64,000 nt of DNA. Source: Candidatus Wildermuthbacteria bacterium (lineage in GTDB: Bacteria; Patescibacteriota; Minisyncoccia; Minisyncoccales; UBA10102). The first letter of the stretch is position 1; each line of letters begins with the position of its first letter. A program made the translations under genes and the position numbers. The notes beneath the pieces are model-generated. The model saw only the letters and a list, made by a program, of their open reading frames with translations, made no database searches and was not told the DNA's origin. Shown in pieces: positions 26,779 through 36,739 of this stretch. The DNA lies in assembly GCA_016203455.1 (NCBI GenBank), contig JACQMR010000009.1:6524-70523 (forward strand). Direction: 5' to 3'.

Positions 26779-29025
26779 ATGGCGCAAGAAAGAGAAGAGA
26801 AAAAAGTTCTGCTGTTGCTGGACGCGAACTCCCTTATCCATAGGGCGTTTCACGCCCTGCCTCCTTTAACAACCTCCAAAGGCGTTATGGTGAACGCGGT
26901 GTACGGATTTTTGCTGGCGTTGTTTCGCGCCATAAAAGAGTTTAATCCCGACTATATAGCCGCCGCGTTTGATGTTCCTTCAAGCACCGAAGGAAGAAAG
27001 AAGAAATTTTTGCAGTATAAAGCGCAAAGAGAAAAAGCGCCGGACGAATTGTACGCGCAGATTCCGCTTGTGCAAGCCGCTCTTAAAGTTCTCCATATCC
27101 CCGTATTTGAGCAGGCGGGGTTTGAAGCGGACGATATTATCGCGACTATTTCTCGCGTTGCTCCTTTGCGGCAGGCGCACCCCCCGCTGGAGACCGTTAT
27201 AGCAACCGGAGACGCGGATGCTTTGCAACTGGTGAGCGGGCGCATAAAAGTATACGCTCTGCGAAAAGGGGTTCAGGACTCGGTATTATATGACGAAAAA
27301 GCGGTGCGGGAAAAATACGGCGCGGACCCGCGCCAGCTTGTAGATTGGAAAGGATTGCGCGGGGATCCTTCAGACAACATTCCCGGGGTTAAAGGGGTTG
27401 GAGAAAAAACAGCAACCCTGCTTATAGGAGAATTTGGATCGCTGGAAGATTTATATGTTGCATTGGAAGCGAGAACGGATATTCCGGGGATTTCTTTAAA
27501 ACTCAAACAGACATTGCTGGAGGGAAAAGAGTCCGCGTTTTTGAGCAGGGATCTGGCAACCATGAGCAAGGATGTGCCCCTGGATATTTCACTGCCGGAG
27601 CTTTCATGGCGGGGGTTTAACAAGAGCGAGGCGGAGGAATTTCTCCGGTCTTTTGAGTTTAAGACCCTTATCCCGCGGCTCGCGGAACTTTCCGGCGAAT
27701 CTTCGCAGACAGCGCGCGGCGGAGAGAAAGAAGCCATTATAAAAGAGAGCGTTCAGAGTCAGGCGGATCGTCTGCTGAAAGACGGCGTTCTTTCAGAGCA
27801 GATATATGAGCTGGAGATTGAGCTGGACCCGGTTTTGCGGCGCATGGAAGATATTGGCATCGCCATAGACCCTGTGTATTTTAGGGCGCTGGGAAAAGAG
27901 CTTGAGAAAGATATCGCGAAACTCCAGGACGATATTTTTAAAGATACGGGAGGGCCTTTTAATATCAGCTCTCCCAAACAGTTGTCCGAAGTGTTGTTTT
28001 CCCGTTTGGGCATTTCTCCAAAAGGTTTGCATAAGACCCCGGGGGGGGCGATTTCCACGGCATCTTCCGAATTGGAGAAGATTTCAGGCGAATCTCCGGC
28101 AATATCTCTGATTCTTTCATACAGGGAACTTGCCAAGCTTCTTACCACATATGTCGCGCCCCTGCCTTTGCTGGCCGATCCAAACAATAGAGTCCACACT
28201 TCGTTTGATCAGTTTGGCGCCGCGACGGGCCGCTTCTCGTCTTCCCGCCCGAATTTGCAGAACATTCCCATGCAGGGGCCTTGGGGAGAAAGGATCCGCA
28301 AGGGTTTCGTGGCGGCGCCCGGCTTTCAGCTGGTTTCATTTGATTATTCGCAAATGGAATTGCGCCTCGCGGCTCACATGGCGAACGAAGAAAAGATGAT
28401 AGAGGCGTTTGAACAAGGCAAGGACATCCACAAAGAAACCGCGGCGGCGGTGTTCGGGGTACCCGAAGCGCGCGTGGATAAAGAGATGAGAAGCAGGGCG
28501 AAAGCGCTGAATTTTGGAATTTTATACGGCATGGGCGCGCGGGGGTTCGCGAACTCCGCGAAGATTTCTTTGCAGGAAGCCCAGGAGTTTATGGACGGTT
28601 ATTTTCTCCAGTTTCCCGCGATTGCCGCGTATATGGAAGAGTCCGTTCGTTTCGCGAGAGAAAACGGGTTCGCGGAAACGCTGTTTGGGCGCAAGCGTTT
28701 TCTTCCGGATATTTATTCTTCCAGTCCCCATATCAGGGCCGCCGCGGAGCGGGTTGCCATAAACCACGGCATTCAAGGAACCGCCGCAGATATCATGAAG
28801 ATGGCCATGGTACTCGTTTCAAAGGCGCCGGGTTTGCTTGGCGGGCATTGCGAGATGGTTTTGCAGATTCACGATGAATTGTTGTTTGAAATATCCGATG
28901 ATATGATTCAAGAAAAGGCGGCCGTTATCAAAGAGATCATGGAGACCGCGCGTTCTTTTAAGGTGCGGCTGACCGTTCAGGCGTTTGCGGGGAAGAGCTG
29001 GGGAGAGCAGGCGCCTCTTATATGA
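26779..29025 (+). CDS. polA: DNA polymerase I (5'-3' exonuclease + polymerase; no 3'-5' exonuclease domain)
   Basis: EADDII, GDPSDNIPGV, TGRFSSSRPNLQNIP, DYSQMELR, QIHDEL. Confidence 0.96.
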   Translation: MAQEREEKKVLLLLDANSLIHRAFHALPPLTTSKGVMVNAVYGFLLALFRAIKEFNPDYIAAAFDVPSSTEGRKKKFLQYKAQREKAPDELYAQIPLVQAALKVLHIPVFEQAGFEADDIIATISRVAPLRQAHPPLETVIATGDADALQLVSGRIKVYALRKGVQDSVLYDEKAVREKYGADPRQLVDWKGLRGDPSDNIPGVKGVGEKTATLLIGEFGSLEDLYVALEARTDIPGISLKLKQTLLEGKESAFLSRDLATMSKDVPLDISLPELSWRGFNKSEAEEFLRSFEFKTLIPRLAELSGESSQTARGGEKEAIIKESVQSQADRLLKDGVLSEQIYELEIELDPVLRRMEDIGIAIDPVYFRALGKELEKDIAKLQDDIFKDTGGPFNISSPKQLSEVLFSRLGISPKGLHKTPGGAISTASSELEKISGESPAISLILSYRELAKLLTTYVAPLPLLADPNNRVHTSFDQFGAATGRFSSSRPNLQNIPMQGPWGERIRKGFVAAPGFQLVSFDYSQMELRLAAHMANEEKMIEAFEQGKDIHKETAAAVFGVPEARVDKEMRSRAKALNFGILYGMGARGFANSAKISLQEAQEFMDGYFLQFPAIAAYMEESVRFARENGFAETLFGRKRFLPDIYSSSPHIRAAAERVAINHGIQGTAADIMKMAMVLVSKAPGLLGGHCEMVLQIHDELLFEISDDMIQEKAAVIKEIMETARSFKVRLTVQAFAGKSWGEQAPLI

Positions 29026-30113
29026 TATTTTCAAGGTTTTCCATTAATGGGGCGGTTAGGTTCACGGGGGCATTGCTTTTCCTGGCGTCTTTGGTTTCCA
29101 TTTATGTCGCTGTTTCATTCGCTCCGGTTGTCGCCCTGGCTTTTGTCGCGGGGGTGAATATTTTTGCGGTATCTTTTTTGGTTTTCAGCGTTACGCGCGG
29201 ATTTTTGTTGCCCTTGCGGGAGATAAGAAATCTTGTGGCCGGCGTAAAGAACGCGGGGTTCTCCGGACGCGTTAAAGAGCATGGATCAAGCGAAATGCGA
29301 GATCTTGCCAGGGCGTTCAACATAATGATGGCGAATGCCGCGGAAGCTCAAGAGAAAGAGCGGGAGATTGAACGAATGAAAACGGAATTTGTGTCTTTGG
29401 CCGCGCATCAATTGAGAAACCCGCTTTCGGTGATCCGGTGGACCCTTCAGGTCATGCTTGAGGGAGATTACGGGCCCGTGCCCAAAAAACAACGGGAGCT
29501 TTTGCAAAAAACCTTTGAATCAAACGAATCCATGATTCGTCTTATTAATGACTTGCTGGATGTGAGCAGGATTGAGGAGGGGAGATATTTATATGAGCCG
29601 GCGTTTAAAGATATCGTCGCGGTCGTGAACTCCATGGCGGATAAGTATAAAGAGGAGGCGGAGCGCCGGGGCGTGGCTTTGTTGGTGCAAGAAGTTTCTG
29701 GCGGGGTTCCTTTGGTGTACATAGACGAAGAAAAAATCCGGCTCGCCATTCAAAATCTTCTTGAGAACGCTCTTCGGTATACCCCGCGAGGCGGGCGGGT
29801 GACAATAGAGCTTTCGCATGATACAAAAGAAGTGCGGGTAGCGGTGCGAGATACCGGCATGGGAATACCCGAATCCCAGCAGAGGCGGGTGTTTCAGAAA
29901 TTTTTCAGAGCCACAAACGCGAAAAGCTTGGATAGCGAGGGATCCGGCCTGGGATTGTATCTGGTAAAGAATATCATTCAGGCGCACGGAGGGAGCGTGG
30001 AATTCCAAACCCAAGAAGGCAAAGGTTCGGTATTCACTTTGCGAGTTCCCCTAGGGAAGATTGAAAGCGCGCCCGATGCCGCCGGGATCCGCGGTATTTC
30101 AAAGGGGGCATAG
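29022..30113 (+). CDS. Sensor histidine kinase (TM-HAMP-HisKA-HATPase)
   Basis: AHQLRNPL, NLLENA, DTGMGI, GSGLGL. Confidence 0.93.
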   Translation: MIFSRFSINGAVRFTGALLFLASLVSIYVAVSFAPVVALAFVAGVNIFAVSFLVFSVTRGFLLPLREIRNLVAGVKNAGFSGRVKEHGSSEMRDLARAFNIMMANAAEAQEKEREIERMKTEFVSLAAHQLRNPLSVIRWTLQVMLEGDYGPVPKKQRELLQKTFESNESMIRLINDLLDVSRIEEGRYLYEPAFKDIVAVVNSMADKYKEEAERRGVALLVQEVSGGVPLVYIDEEKIRLAIQNLLENALRYTPRGGRVTIELSHDTKEVRVAVRDTGMGIPESQQRRVFQKFFRATNAKSLDSEGSGLGLYLVKNIIQAHGGSVEFQTQEGKGSVFTLRVPLGKIESAPDAAGIRGISKGA

Positions 30114-30133
30114 CAGTAATTTTTTTATCACGC

Positions 30134-30526
30134 ATGGCAAAAATTCTCATTATTGAAGACGATAAATTTCTTCGGGAGCTTATTTCGCAAAAAGTGGCGC
30201 GCGAGGGGTATGAGGTGCTTGACGCGGTTGACGGAGAGTCGGGTTTAAAGATGGCGCAAGCGGAAAGCCCGGATCTTATTTTGCTGGATCTGATTCTTCC
30301 GGGCATGGACGGATTTGAGGTGCTATCGCGAATCAAAGGAGACGAGAAGACGGGGAAAGTTCCCGTGGTTATCATTTCAAACCTGGGGCAAAAAGACGAT
30401 GTTGACAAAGGCATGGCCATGGGAGCCGCCGATTACCTTATTAAGGCGCATTTTACGCCCGGGGAGATCGTAGAGAAAATTGCCTCTGTTCTTTCTTCCG
30501 GCAAGGATTCTGCGGCGGCGGCATAA
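30134..30526 (+). CDS. Receiver-only response regulator
   Basis: IIEDD, LLDLILPGMDG, ADYLIKA. Confidence 0.93.
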   Translation: MAKILIIEDDKFLRELISQKVAREGYEVLDAVDGESGLKMAQAESPDLILLDLILPGMDGFEVLSRIKGDEKTGKVPVVIISNLGQKDDVDKGMAMGAADYLIKAHFTPGEIVEKIASVLSSGKDSAAAA

Positions 30527-30543
30527 GCGCGTCTTTTTTGCGC

Positions 30544-31485
30544 ATGATCTATTTTTTGCACGGCGAGGAGCCATTTTTTGTGAAGAGGCGCGCGGAGGAT
30601 CTGCGGCGCGAGTTTCAAAAAGATTGCGCGATTGAGGATGTCATGTGCTCTGACGCAAACGCGGCCGAATCTTTGGAGAAGATTTTCGCGCCTGTTTTGT
30701 TTCCAAGAAAAACCGCGTATATTTTTTTGAATATTTTTTCATCCGATAGTTTTCTGCGGGCTGTTGAGGCGCGGCTCCCCGCTTTCGCGAAAGACGCGGC
30801 CAATCATTTTGTATTTATACAGGAGGGCGCGCCTGGTTCCGAATCCCGGACGGCGGCGGATTTCTTGCGAGCGCGCGGCAGAGAGGAAATATTCCCCCGT
30901 TTATCTCCGCGAGATGTTGGTATTTGGGCAAAGAAGGAGGTTGAACGGCTTGGCGGGTCTATTGGTCCGGCCGCGGTTTTTGAGCTTGTTTCCCGATCTT
31001 CCGGAGATATGTGGCGGCTTTCCCAAGAAATTCAAAAATTGACCGCGTTCGCTTTCGGAAAAGAAATTTCTCGGGAGGACGTTCTTTTATTCGTGCGAGA
31101 GGACGCGGACCCCGATATATTTAAAATGCTGGATGCCGCGGCGGGAGGCATGAAAAACGAGGCGCTTGCCATGGCGGCGCGGCGTCTCGCGAACGGAGAA
31201 GCGCCCCTGTATTTGTTTTCGCGCATTTCCGGGCAGGCGCGGCTTATGATGCTCGTGAAAGACGCGCAAGACCGGGGCGTTCCAAGCTCCAAGATAGCCG
31301 GCCTGCTTTCTTTGCATCCGTTCGCGGCAAAAAAGGCGCAAGCCGCTTGCGCGCGCGTCTCGTCCTCCGCTCTGCGGGAACTGTATAAAAAGGTGTTTTC
31401 TTTAGATATCGCGCTTAAGACCGGCAAAGGAGATCCGGAGCATCTGCTCTATCTTTTCGCGGGCCAGATAGCGGGCATGAGATAA
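30544..31485 (+). CDS. holA: DNA polymerase III delta subunit
   Basis: IYFLHGEE, QEIQKL, HPFAAKK, DIALKTG; converges on rpsT. Confidence 0.88.
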   Translation: MIYFLHGEEPFFVKRRAEDLRREFQKDCAIEDVMCSDANAAESLEKIFAPVLFPRKTAYIFLNIFSSDSFLRAVEARLPAFAKDAANHFVFIQEGAPGSESRTAADFLRARGREEIFPRLSPRDVGIWAKKEVERLGGSIGPAAVFELVSRSSGDMWRLSQEIQKLTAFAFGKEISREDVLLFVREDADPDIFKMLDAAAGGMKNEALAMAARRLANGEAPLYLFSRISGQARLMMLVKDAQDRGVPSSKIAGLLSLHPFAAKKAQAACARVSSSALRELYKKVFSLDIALKTGKGDPEHLLYLFAGQIAGMR

Positions 31486-31517
31486 GAAAAACGAAGGAGT
31501 TATCCTTCGTTTTTCTT
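31484..31517. terminator. Hairpin terminator overlapping the rpsT stop
   Basis: AAGAAAAACGAAGGA-GTTA-TCCTTCGTTTTTCTT. Confidence 0.75.
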
Positions 31518-31766
31518 TAAGAGTTTCGCGATCCTGGATTTGTTTCGGGAGGCGGTATTTTTTTTGATTATCCCCGCCTTTGCCCCTTTATCCAGGGCCT
31601 GCTGGAGTTGCGGCAAAAGTTTTTGAGCTTCTCCGGTCTTTTTCGCGGCAACAAGTTTTTTCACCTCTTTGAGGAGGGTTTTTACCGCGTCTTTTCTTTT
31701 GATGTTGCGGATTTTTCGCCTGATGCTTTGCCGAGCCGCTTTCTTGGCGGATTTTGTGATTGCCAT
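31500..31766 (-). CDS. rpsT: 30S ribosomal protein S20
   Basis: MAITKSAKKAARQ...LDKGAKAGIIKKNTASRNKSR. Confidence 0.95.
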   Translation of the reverse strand: MAITKSAKKAARQSIRRKIRNIKRKDAVKTLLKEVKKLVAAKKTGEAQKLLPQLQQALDKGAKAGIIKKNTASRNKSRIAKLLKKNEG

Positions 31767-31779
31767 AATGGTATAGATA

Positions 31780-33735
31780 CTATGTATCACGCTTCCTGTT
31801 TTTAATCAAGTCGCGGATGGTCGCGGCCCGTTCAAAATCCAGATTTTTAGCGGCTGTTTTCATTTCTTTTTCAAGAATCGCGATGTCTTGCAGGGGGCCG
31901 AATTCAATTGATATTTCCTCCGGCTTTTTCCCGACAGTCCATTCCCGTATGTCTTTAACGATCGCCGAAGGGACAATGCCGTGTTGTGTGTTGTACGCTT
32001 CCTGGATGCGTCTCCGCCGCGCTATTTCGGCAAGCGCGTTTTTCATGGATGTCGTTTCTTTGTCCGCATACAGAATGACTTTGCCGTATTCATGCCGAGC
32101 CGCCCTTCCCATGGTTTGGATAAGCATGGTGGCGTTGCGCAGAAAACCTTCTTTGTCCGCGTCCAATATGGCGACAAGAGATACTTCGGGCAGATCCAGG
32201 CCTTCGCGCAAGAGATTGACCCCAACCAGAGCATCTACCGTTCCTTTGCGCAGGTCCTGAAGAATAGAGGGACGGTCAAGCGTTTTTACCTCTGAATGAA
32301 GCCAGTGCGTTTTTACGCCTCGCTCTGAAAGAAATTCGGCTATATCTTCCGCGAGCCGTTTTGTGAGCGCCACAACCAGGGCCCGCCGGCCGTGTTTTTT
32401 GAGAGCTTGGATTTCCCGCAAGACATCTTGCATTTGATTTTTTAAGGGGCGCACTTGGATTTCCGGTTCCAAAAGTCCGGTAGGGCGCACCAATTGTTCT
32501 ATGATAAAATCCCGCCCGCCTTCTTTGAGCGCGAGATCTTGTTCAAATTCTCCGGGGGTTGCCGAAACGGAAATTCGTTTCGGGGTTTTTTCCAGAAATT
32601 CCCGGAATGTAAGGGGCCTGTTGTCTATGGCGGAGGGAAGACGGAATCCATGTTCCACGAGAGATGTTTTGCGTACTTTGTCTTGGACGGACATTGCCCT
32701 GGCTTGAGAGAATGTGAGATGGCTTTCGTCCAGGAACACCAGGAAGTCCTTGGGGAAGTAATCAAGAAGCGTGAATGGGGCCTGATCTGTCTCCCTGAAA
32801 TCCAGATGCCGAGAGTAGTTTTCAATGCCGTGGCAATATCCTGTTTCCTCAATCATTTCCATGTCGTAATTTGTGCGCTGTTCAAGACGCGAGGCCTCCG
32901 GCAGTTTGCCCTGTTTTTTTAATTCCGCGAGCCGTTCTTCAAGCTCGGCGCGGATATTTTGCAAAGCGATTTTCAGCTTGTCTTCCGCGGCAACCCAGAA
33001 TTTGGCGGGGAATAGTCGGTAGTTTGTAGTTTTTAGTTTGTAGATTGGAGAGAGGGGGTCTTGCGCCGTGGAGACGGATTCAATATGGTCTCCGTCAAAC
33101 TCAATTCTTACCAGTTCTTTGCCGGTTACAAGGAATATCTCAACAATATTTCCGCGCACTCTAAACGATCCGGGCGCGAACTCAACATCATTCCGCACAT
33201 ACTGGAGTTGCGTCAGGGAGCGGAGAAAATCTTTTCGCGTTGCGCGCTGGCCCGGAGAAACGCGCAGAGAAACTTTTTGGTATTCCTCCGGATTCCCAAT
33301 ATTGTAAATACAGGATATGGAGGCGACAACGATGATATCTTTGCGGGAGATCAGGTCTTGCACGGCTTCGTGGCGCAGGCGGTCAATGGTTTCGTTGATC
33401 TTGGAGTCCTTTTCTATATAGGTGTCTGTTTTTGAGATATATGCTTCCGGCTGATAATAGTCGTAGTATGAAACGAAATAATGGACTCCGTTATTCGGGA
33501 AAAACTCTTTAAATTCCTGGTAGAGTTGAGCGGCAAGAGTTTTATTCGGAGAGATAACAAGCGCGGGTCTTTGGAGTTTTTCAATGACATTTGAGATGGT
33601 GAAGGTTTTTCCGCTTCCGGTTACGCCCAAAAGCACCATGTCTTTTGCTCCTTTTTGAATGTTTGCCGCGAGTTTTTCTATCGCCTGGGGCTGGTCTCCC
33701 GTTGGTTTAAATTTTGATACGAGGCGGAAATCCAT
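31780..33735 (-). CDS. uvrB: Excinuclease ABC subunit B
   Basis: PTGDQP, GVTGSGKT, SYYDYYQPEAY, GFRLPSA, GVNLLREGLD; start at MDFRL. Confidence 0.97.
   Translation of the reverse strand: MDFRLVSKFKPTGDQPQAIEKLAANIQKGAKDMVLLGVTGSGKTFTISNVIEKLQRPALVISPNKTLAAQLYQEFKEFFPNNGVHYFVSYYDYYQPEAYISKTDTYIEKDSKINETIDRLRHEAVQDLISRKDIIVVASISCIYNIGNPEEYQKVSLRVSPGQRATRKDFLRSLTQLQYVRNDVEFAPGSFRVRGNIVEIFLVTGKELVRIEFDGDHIESVSTAQDPLSPIYKLKTTNYRLFPAKFWVAAEDKLKIALQNIRAELEERLAELKKQGKLPEASRLEQRTNYDMEMIEETGYCHGIENYSRHLDFRETDQAPFTLLDYFPKDFLVFLDESHLTFSQARAMSVQDKVRKTSLVEHGFRLPSAIDNRPLTFREFLEKTPKRISVSATPGEFEQDLALKEGGRDFIIEQLVRPTGLLEPEIQVRPLKNQMQDVLREIQALKKHGRRALVVALTKRLAEDIAEFLSERGVKTHWLHSEVKTLDRPSILQDLRKGTVDALVGVNLLREGLDLPEVSLVAILDADKEGFLRNATMLIQTMGRAARHEYGKVILYADKETTSMKNALAEIARRRRIQEAYNTQHGIVPSAIVKDIREWTVGKKPEEISIEFGPLQDIAILEKEMKTAAKNLDFERAATIRDLIKNRKRDT
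33010..33044 (-). repeat. In-frame 7-nt array in uvrB (IYKLKTTNYRLF)
   Basis: Plus strand GAATAGT CGGTAGT TTGTAGT TTTTAGT TTGTAGA. Confidence 0.8.
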
Positions 33736-33783
33736 GTTTATGGCATCAATGTGTTCAAGTTTATGTAATCGTTTTGATCCCTG

Positions 33784-33971
33784 GGTTTTCTTCCATTCCC
33801 CCTCTCCAGAACCGCTTGTCCCCGCCTCCGGCGGGCGGGGCAAGCCCCGACGAGTATATCGGGGCAAGCTTGGCTCTCGCCCCGAGGACCCCTTCGTCGT
33901 CGCTCCTCCTCAGGGGGCCAAGCTCCTCGGGACTCCGAGGCATTCTTTGAGATGGGGAATGGAAGAAAACC
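33784..33971. mobile_element. MITE/REP-composite-like element with perfect 18-bp terminal inverted repeats
   Basis: GGTTTTCTTCCATTCCCC (33784-33801) / GGGGAATGGAAGAAAACC (33954-33971); nested GC hairpins, two ending GGGGCAAGC. Mobility is not shown. Confidence 0.5.
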
Positions 33972-34019
33972 TGCCGTAAGCAACGCGTGCGGTTTTTGCA
34001 TTTGTGGTACAATGCGGGT

Positions 34020-34577
34020 ATGATTTCGTATATCAAAGGAAAGGTTATTGCCAAAGGTTCTGATTATATCATAACAGAGGCGGGAGGCATAGGGTACAAG
34101 GTGTTTGTTTCCGGGATGTTTCTTGTGAAAATGACATTGGGAAAAGAGATAGAGGCATATTGTCATCTTCATATCAGGCAGGAAGAAACATTGGAGCTCT
34201 ATGGAGTGGAAAGCGCGGAAGCGCTGGAGTTATTTGAACTTTTACGGGGTATTTCCGGCATAGGGCCAAAAGTTGCCTTGGCGATTTCTTCGCTTGGGAA
34301 CAGAGGCCAGCTGGAGCGCGCGGTGAAAGAGGGAAACGAAAAGTTTTTTGCCGGGGTCAGGGGGATCGGGCAAAAGCGCCTGCAAAAAATCATGCTGGAG
34401 CTCACGGGGTCTTTTAGGCGCGCGGTATCGCCCAAACAAGAGGAAGATGAAGCGGTGGATGCTTTGGCGGCGCTTGGATTTACCAGGCAAAAGGCCCGGG
34501 ATGCCTTGTCAAAAATAGGGTCAAGCATAGAGACCGCCGAAGAACGGGTAAAAGCCGCGCTAAGACACATTCAATAA
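34020..34577 (+). CDS. ruvA: Holliday junction protein RuvA
   Basis: MISYIKG, GGIGY, ELYG, SGIGPK, ALAALGF. Confidence 0.96.
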   Translation: MISYIKGKVIAKGSDYIITEAGGIGYKVFVSGMFLVKMTLGKEIEAYCHLHIRQEETLELYGVESAEALELFELLRGISGIGPKVALAISSLGNRGQLERAVKEGNEKFFAGVRGIGQKRLQKIMLELTGSFRRAVSPKQEEDEAVDALAALGFTRQKARDALSKIGSSIETAEERVKAALRHIQ

Positions 34578-34583
34578 AATACC

Positions 34584-34730
34584 ATGTTGCCATTCGCGTT
34601 TGTTTCCGCGGTTTCCGGAGCCGCGTCGCTGTTCCTGGGGGCTCATCAGGGGATGATGGAGCCCATTACGGGCGCTTTATGCGCGCTGTGTTTTTGCGGG
34701 GCCGTGGTTATGCAGACGCTGGATTCTTGA
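34584..34730 (+). CDS. Possible 48-aa hydrophobic protein
   Basis: MLPFAFVSAVSGAASLFLGAHQGMMEPITGALCALCFCGAVVMQTLDS fills the ruvA-Mur ligase gap. Confidence 0.4.
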   Translation: MLPFAFVSAVSGAASLFLGAHQGMMEPITGALCALCFCGAVVMQTLDS

Positions 34731-34741
34731 AACAGCAGAGT

Positions 34742-36019
34742 ATGAAAAAGTTCTTGAGAAAACATACGCCTTCTTTCCTGGTGTCTTTGTATCATCTCGC
34801 GTGGGCGTTTTTAAGCGCTCTGCGATACGGGTTTCCCGGGTACGGCATGACGGTTATTGGCGTTACAGGCACCAACGGCAAGTCAACCACCGTGGACATG
34901 CTGTCTCGCATACTGCTTGCGGGCGGAAAAAAGACGGCCTCCCTTTCTTCCATACGGTTTCAAATCGGCAAGAGAGAGTGGAGAAACACCATGAAAATGA
35001 CCATGCCCGGACGGTTTGTGATACAGAAATTTCTGCGCCAGGCAAAGAAGGAGGGGTGCGGATTCGTTGTGCTGGAGGTTACTTCGGAGGGGATTCTTCA
35101 GCATCGCCACAGGTTTATCCCTTTTTACGGAGCGGTATTCACGAACCTTTCGCCCGAGCATATTGAGCGGCACGGTTCGTTTGAAAATTACAGAAAAGCA
35201 AAAGGAGCGTTATTTAAAGCCGCCCGCGGCTTTCACGCGGTGAACGGAGACGATGAACATGCGAGCTTTTTTCTTGGGTTTCAGGCGCGAAAGAAGATTG
35301 TATATTCCGCGAAAAAAGAAGGGGAGGCGAGTATCCGGGCCGCAGATATTGTTGCCGGGCAAAACGGCGCGGCATTTATTGCAGACGGAGTAAAAGTTTC
35401 TCTGCGTTTACTTGGGGAGTTCAATGTGTATAATGCTTTGGCGGCAATCGCGGCCGCGAGAGAGCTGGGGGTTTCTTTGGAGACGGCGCGCCAGGCGCTG
35501 GAGGGCGTAAGCAAAGTTCCGGGGAGAATGGAAGAAGTTATTTCAAGTCCCATACGAGTTATCGTGGATTACGCTTTTACTCCCGCGGCATTAAAACAGG
35601 TGTATCAGTCGTTAAAAACCGTTTCCCATTCTCGTTCAGGGCAAGCAATCCGTAAATTGATTTGCGTTCTCGGAGGAACCGGAGGAGGGAGGGACGCGTG
35701 GAAACGCCCGGTGTTGGGGGCCATAGCGAGCGAGTGGTGCGATCATATCATTGTTACCAATGAAGACCCGTACGAGGAAGATCCTCAAAAAATTATTGAC
35801 GAGGTAGCGGATGGAACGGGCGGCAAAGCGATTAAAATTTTAGACAGAAGAGAGGCCATAGCCAGCGCTTTAGATATTGCTACGCCCGGAGATACGGTGG
35901 TGATTACCGGCAAGGGATCGGAGGATTCAATAGCTGTTGCCGGAGGAAAAAAGATTTCCTGGGATGACAGGGTAGTGGCGCGGGAAGAGTTTGAGAAAAG
36001 AAAAACCGGCCGTGGTTAG
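34742..36019 (+). CDS. murE: Mur ligase (MurE-like)
   Basis: GVTGTNGKSTT, EVTSEG, FTNLSPEH, VPGRME, VDYA, GGGRD, GKGSE. Confidence 0.88.
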   Translation: MKKFLRKHTPSFLVSLYHLAWAFLSALRYGFPGYGMTVIGVTGTNGKSTTVDMLSRILLAGGKKTASLSSIRFQIGKREWRNTMKMTMPGRFVIQKFLRQAKKEGCGFVVLEVTSEGILQHRHRFIPFYGAVFTNLSPEHIERHGSFENYRKAKGALFKAARGFHAVNGDDEHASFFLGFQARKKIVYSAKKEGEASIRAADIVAGQNGAAFIADGVKVSLRLLGEFNVYNALAAIAAARELGVSLETARQALEGVSKVPGRMEEVISSPIRVIVDYAFTPAALKQVYQSLKTVSHSRSGQAIRKLICVLGGTGGGRDAWKRPVLGAIASEWCDHIIVTNEDPYEEDPQKIIDEVADGTGGKAIKILDRREAIASALDIATPGDTVVITGKGSEDSIAVAGGKKISWDDRVVAREEFEKRKTGRG

Positions 36020-36207
36020 TTGGCCGGGGTTTGTCTTTGCATTGCAATTTCCGCAAGGCGCACGATTTCGGGTATTGATGGATCCACGAGCATCATCATC
36101 CCGTTTCTTAGTGCTAAAAGCATGGCATCTTCGTTTTGGGCGATGGTAGTGGGGTCCAGAGGGCTTTGGGAAAGTTCCGGGGGGTAAATATAGCCACTTG
36201 GTGGCAT
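36016..36207 (-). CDS. Orphan 63-aa protein
   Basis: SD AGAGGAG upstream of ATG; occupies otherwise empty space. Confidence 0.55.
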   Translation of the reverse strand: MPPSGYIYPPELSQSPLDPTTIAQNEDAMLLALRNGMMMLVDPSIPEIVRLAEIAMQRQTPAN

Positions 36208-36355
36208 ATGTTTCTCCTCTAATTGAAATCAGCTGGCTTTTCTATATCATATTTTTCTTTTGTGTCCATACCCCGCTTCTTTTCGGATTCTAGACAGAAT
36301 AAGGCGCGCGTGATACCATTTGTTTATTCTATAATCTCTGATAATCGGTATTTGT

Positions 36356-36739
36356 ATGTCAAAACCATTGTTTTCAAAAAGTGTTCGGGCGCATATTCGT
36401 TTAGAAAAAGCCCGCATCAGAAAGACGGTAAAAGACGAGAAAGAACGAGAGGAGCTTATCAATAAGCTTTATGAAGGTCTCGCAAGCCAAAGATCCCGAG
36501 TCGCGCCAAGACGCCGCAAAGGAAAAATCGCGGAGACAGGCAAGAATACCGAAGAAGGCAAAAACACTGAAGAAGTGAAACGAGTTGGCGCGCGCAAAGA
36601 AAAAGCAAAGCCGGCAGGCATAAAAAAGGATAATTCGTCTTCGTCTGTTCCGGGCGCACCTGGGCGCGTTTTGCCAAAGCTTCAGTCAGGCAAAGGGAAA
36701 GCAAAAAAGACAGCAAAAAAGAACGCTCAAAAGAAATGA
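36356..36739 (+). CDS. Basic hypothetical protein
   Basis: SKSVRAHIRLEKARIRK N-terminus, Lys-rich tail; ATGA-coupled to the next gene. Confidence 0.65.
   Translation: MSKPLFSKSVRAHIRLEKARIRKTVKDEKEREELINKLYEGLASQRSRVAPRRRKGKIAETGKNTEEGKNTEEVKRVGARKEKAKPAGIKKDNSSSSVPGAPGRVLPKLQSGKGKAKKTAKKNAQKK

Noticed and set aside
33736..33867. Extended UvrB N-terminus
   Set aside because: It is read-through of the palindromic element; homology begins at MDFRL.
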